NCBI GenBank assembly: GCA_038087875.1
Contig: CM075989.1
Coordinates: 11,782,001 to 11,842,000 of the forward strand
Length of the DNA: 60,000 nt
Reading direction: 5' to 3'
Source of the DNA: Malacoraja senta
Taxonomy: Eukaryota
Position 1 is the first letter of the stretch. Every line of letters starts with the position of its first letter. The notes beneath the pieces were generated by a model that did not search any database, was not told the DNA's origin, and was given only the letters and a program-made list of their open reading frames with translations. This document shows, one piece after another, positions 56,587 to 60,000 of the stretch. The translations under genes were made by a program, and so were the position numbers.

Positions 56587-56990
56587 CTCCACACCGCATC
56601 TCAGCTGAACCTGCAGAAGCTGCTACGCCTGCAAACCGTCCCAAGTAATCGATAGCCCGGTGCTCCCCGCTAGGCCCGGTACTCCCCGCTAGGCCCGGTG
56701 CTCCCCGCTAGGCCCGGTGCTCCCCGCTAGGCCCGGTGCTCCCCGCTAGGCCCGGTGCTCCCCGCTAGGCCCGGTACTCCCCGCTAGGCCCGGTACTCCC
56801 CGCTAGGCCCGGTACTCCCCGCTAGGCCCGGTACTCCCCGCTAGGCCCGGTACTCCCCGCTAGGCCCGGTACTCCCCGCTAGGCCCGGTACTCCCCGCTA
56901 GGCCCGGTACTCCCCGCTAGGCCCGGTGCCAGCGACCTCTCTCCAGCGATCAAATTCCCGCGCCCGCTCCTCCGCCGTGTCCAGGAAGTG
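56587..56990 (-). other. BLM: Putative BLM non-coding exon 1 (5'UTR)
   Basis: CpG island ending at GAG|gtaagt (56586); alternative donor CGG|gtaagc at 56551; start approximate. Confidence 0.6.
56653..56928. repeat. 19-bp GC-rich minisatellite (taggcccggtRctccccgc), about 14.5 copies
   Basis: Exact period of 19 from 56671 to 56917; one A/G variant position. Confidence 0.97.
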
Positions 56991-56992
56991 CG
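56948..56992 (-). promoter_or_regulatory. BLM core promoter: E2F site GGCGCGGGAA with adjacent CHR-like TTTGAT, plus an ETS motif
   Basis: Minus strand ggcgcgggaatttgatc (56964-56948); caggaagtg at 56982-56990. Confidence 0.6.
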
Positions 56993-57117
56993 TCGGAGCG
57001 CTCTCACTCTCTCTCGCCCCCCAGCGGGCAGAATAAAGAACGGAAAAAGACCACCAAAGGTTAAACCAAGGGTTAAACAATCTCAAGGGGGACATTTTCC
57101 ACACAGAAGGTCGGTAT

Positions 57118-57151
57118 CAAAGATACTATAGGAGCTCCTCTAGTATCGTTG
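57118..57151. mobile_element. 34-bp palindromic hAT-like micro-element with a perfect 8-bp TSD
   Basis: gtcggtat [caaagatactataggagctcctctagtatcgttg] gtcggtat. Confidence 0.8.
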
Positions 57152-57159
57152 GTCGGTAT

Positions 57160-58049
57160 AGGGAGGTTTCACGGCAGTCGGGTCACGACCCATGACCTGT
57201 ACTGTTGCTACGCTACTCCAAATGGAGTACACGCGATGAACTGCAGGTAAGCACTCACCATTGTTTCCAGTTTAGCGGGCCCGTTAAAACCCGCCGAAAT
57301 TGTTAATTGTTGCGCTGTAAATATTTATGGGAATCGGGATAAGCGTGAGAGACATTTAGCCTACTTCAGAATTCCAAAAGTGAGGAGAAATGTCGGTAGA
57401 TAGAAGCGAGAGCTGTAGGGACAACAGCCAGAGTGCTTGGCGAACATTGGCCGTTTGCTCACTGCATTTCATCAACTAAGGCATTATTTGTGTTTTTTCT
57501 TGATTCCTTTGGCATCTAAAAAGTTTCAGAAGGGATAAATGTGGCTGTAAAATTTTAAAATCGCCCATGGTTCTCAAGTGGGTTTTTACATACAAAAAGA
57601 AAACGCCTCTGAAGCAAAATTTACAGCCAGATTTATCACTTCTGAGACTTTTTAGATACCAAAGGAATCAAGAAAAACCACAAATAATGCCTTACTGTTG
57701 ATGAAATGCAGTGAGCAAACGCGATTATTCCCAATATTTTCAATTCCGATAGCTGCATTGCCAATGTTCGCCAAGCACTTTAGCTGTTGTTGTCCCTTCA
57801 GCTCTTGCTTCTCTTTACCTTCATTTCGCTTCACTTTTGGAATTCTGAAGTTGGGTACATGTTTCTCACACTTACCCCGACTTCCACAATTATTTACAGC
57901 GCAAAAATTCAACATTTTGGCAGTTTTTAACAGGTAGGAAAGTACGCGTTTCTTGCATTAATAACATATACCGGAAGTTACGGATGTCCTCCAGATGGAT
58001 TGAGCAGCTCCGTTCGTCAAGCCCTGTGACCTTTACGTGCACACCCCCT
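57160..58049. mobile_element. Non-autonomous ISL2EU-like DNA transposon, copy 2
   Basis: Same termini and internal sequence as 14762-15587; AT on the left, GT (mutated) on the right. Confidence 0.75.
57696..57915 (-). pseudogene. THAP zinc-finger exon of the ISL2EU-like element
   Basis: MLNFCAVNNC...FRIPK...RVCSLHF, then donor gtaagg; the conserved THAP Trp position reads Cys. Confidence 0.7.
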
Positions 58050-58119
58050 GTATGGAGCAAGCTGCCAGAGGAGGTAGATGAGGCAGGTACTATAACAACG
58101 GATATTTGAACGGGTAGAT

Positions 58120-59139
58120 TAGCAATGTTACAAGATTTTGAGATTTTAAAAATCAAGTCTGCAATTTATCCCATCAGATAAAGCATAAAAAGAAGTTTAA
58201 TTTGACGCCTAATTCACTTTCATATCTTCAGTATTAAAAATGTTATGGCCATTTTCATACTGAAATTAGCATCTTGTTCCCTATTGCTTTTCCATTGACT
58301 TAACTCAAAAGCTGTGATCGACAGTGAAAAGCCCATAACTCTTAAAAATTAAGAGAACTGAATGAAATTTTCAGTTATTATAGATTGAAGCATTCTGAAA
58401 CAAATATGAAACAATCTTACTTGGATGACCTGAAATTAAAGCATATAATTAGTTAGTTACCTAATTGTAGCTAATTACAAAATTCAATTACTAGATCTAA
58501 ACATCTATCCATTTCTTAAGAAAAGGTTAACATTTTTAAATAGCCTAAGTGTCCAAATAACATTCACACAAGAATTCACAATATAACATGATTTTTAAAT
58601 CTCATTGTCATGAATTTATAGGTCAAATGGAAGGAATTTAATGTTTAATTCCTGTAAATTAATGGGCATTTTAATCATCTTGCGCGTGGGGTTTTTGTGG
58701 AACGCGATCGATTGGAACGTTGCGGTTGCAGTGAATTTGAACCCCAAATCGGCAGGAAAAACACTGCCGGTTCGTATGGGGCCAAAATCACATTTTCGCC
58801 AATGAAATTTGGATTAAAGTCATCCTCAGAAGCAAGTTTATATGTAAAATAAACGACTTACCTTATGTTTCATCCCCTACGTGAGATCCGACCCGTTGTA
58901 GGCGTTGACGGCGTTAGAAGTCGCTTTTTTATTTTACTCCAGGGATTAAATTGTCCCATGATTTTTTTTAAACTTCCGAGAACGGAAGTCGGAACGATTT
59001 TTCTGCAGCAGCTGAACAGCCTGAGAAAGTTTGACTCCGACAGGCAGGAGAAAACGGCATTTTAATCCCCCCGCCCCCTCAAAGGCGCCAAAGTCGCACA
59101 CACGGCCAGTGGCAGAACTGCAGCGCCGCTGAAGGTGAG
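58120..59139. mobile_element. ~1-kb non-coding insertion, putative DNA transposon with a 5'-TAG terminus (Academ-like); right end not recognisable
   Basis: Interrupts a CR1 tail whose uninterrupted inverted copy lies at 59364-59622. Confidence 0.5.
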
Positions 59140-59703
59140 TATGGATGGGGAAAGTTTAAAGGGACATGGGACTAGTGTAGATGGGGCAACTTGCTCGGCT
59201 TGTCAGGTTGGGCCAAAGGGCTTGTTTCAATTCTGTTTAGACGCTATGATTCTAATTCCTTATTCACTAACTTAACAACGTATGAACTGGAGTTAGACAA
59301 TCAGTTCCCTTCCCTCCATAGATGCTGCCTCACCCGCTGAGTTTCTCCAGCATTTTTGTCAACCTCCAGTTCATACGTTGTTAAGTTAGTGAATAAGGAA
59401 TTAGAATCTTAGTCTAAACAGAATGGAAACACGCCCTTTGGCCCAACCTTACAAGCCGAGCAAGATGCCCCATCTACACTAGTCCCATGTCCCTTTAATC
59501 TTTCCCCATCCATCTTCTACCTGTCCAAATATCCTTCAACTGTTGTTATAGTACCTGCCTTATCTCCCTCCTCTGACAGCTTGCTCCATATGCCGATCAT
59601 CTGTGTGGAAAATGTCCCCCTTCAGGTTCCTATTAAATCTTTCCCCTCTCACATTAAACCTATGTCGTCTGGTTCTTGATTTCCCCAACTTTCAGCAATT
59701 GAA

Positions 59704-60000
59704 TGTAGACAAAAATGCTGGAGAAACTCAGCAGGTGAGGCAGCATCTATTGAGCGAAGGAAATAGGCAAAGTTTCGGGTCGAGACCCTTCTTCATACTG
59801 ATGTGAGGGTGGGGGGCGGGAAGAAGAAAGGAAGAGGCGGAGACAGTGGGCTGAGGGAGAGCTGAGAAGGGGAGGAGAAACCAGGGACTACCTGACATTA
59901 GAGAAGTCAATGAACATACCGCTGGGGTGTAAACTGCCCAAGCGAAATATGAGGGGCTGCTCCTCCAATTTACAGTTAGCCTCACTCTGGCCATGGAGGA
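59704..60000 (-). mobile_element. Penelope-like element 3' part, running off the window
   Basis: Reverse strand reads KLEEQPLIFRLGSLHPSG, followed by the hammerhead-type unit. Confidence 0.7.

Noticed and set aside
56653..56928. CRISPR-like array
   Set aside because: Units are contiguous with no unique spacers, there are no cas genes, and the context is vertebrate

Overview
Eukaryotic genomic DNA, most likely from an elasmobranch (skate/ray). HE1-type V-SINEs, HER1/CR1, Rex1/Babar, L1 and Penelope repeats support this assignment. The window holds a complete BLM (Bloom RecQ helicase) gene on the minus strand: a putative non-coding exon 1 at ~56990-56587 and 21 coding exons from 53927 to 16909. 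All 21 have GT-AG boundaries with consistent phases and sum to 4371 nt (1456 aa + stop). The first three coding exons of WDR76 lie downstream of BLM on the same strand (5161 to 305). A full-length frameshifted L1 (8431-14755) sits between the two genes. The most unusual observations are: a G-quadruplex-pattern 19-bp minisatellite inside the presumed 5'UTR of the G4-unwinding helicase gene, plus a uORF overlapping its start codon; 20-34 bp hAT-like micro-elements (two with exact 8-bp TSDs, one degenerate) seen only at the two promoters; two copies of a fold-back, double-THAP, AT-TSD (ISL2EU-like) element flanking BLM, one of them splitting the L1 target-site duplication; many Penelope-derived hammerhead-ribozyme motifs, often as inverted pairs in introns; and an inverted duplication upstream of BLM whose one arm carries three separate insertions. 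Repeat boundaries are approximate unless a TSD or TIR is cited.
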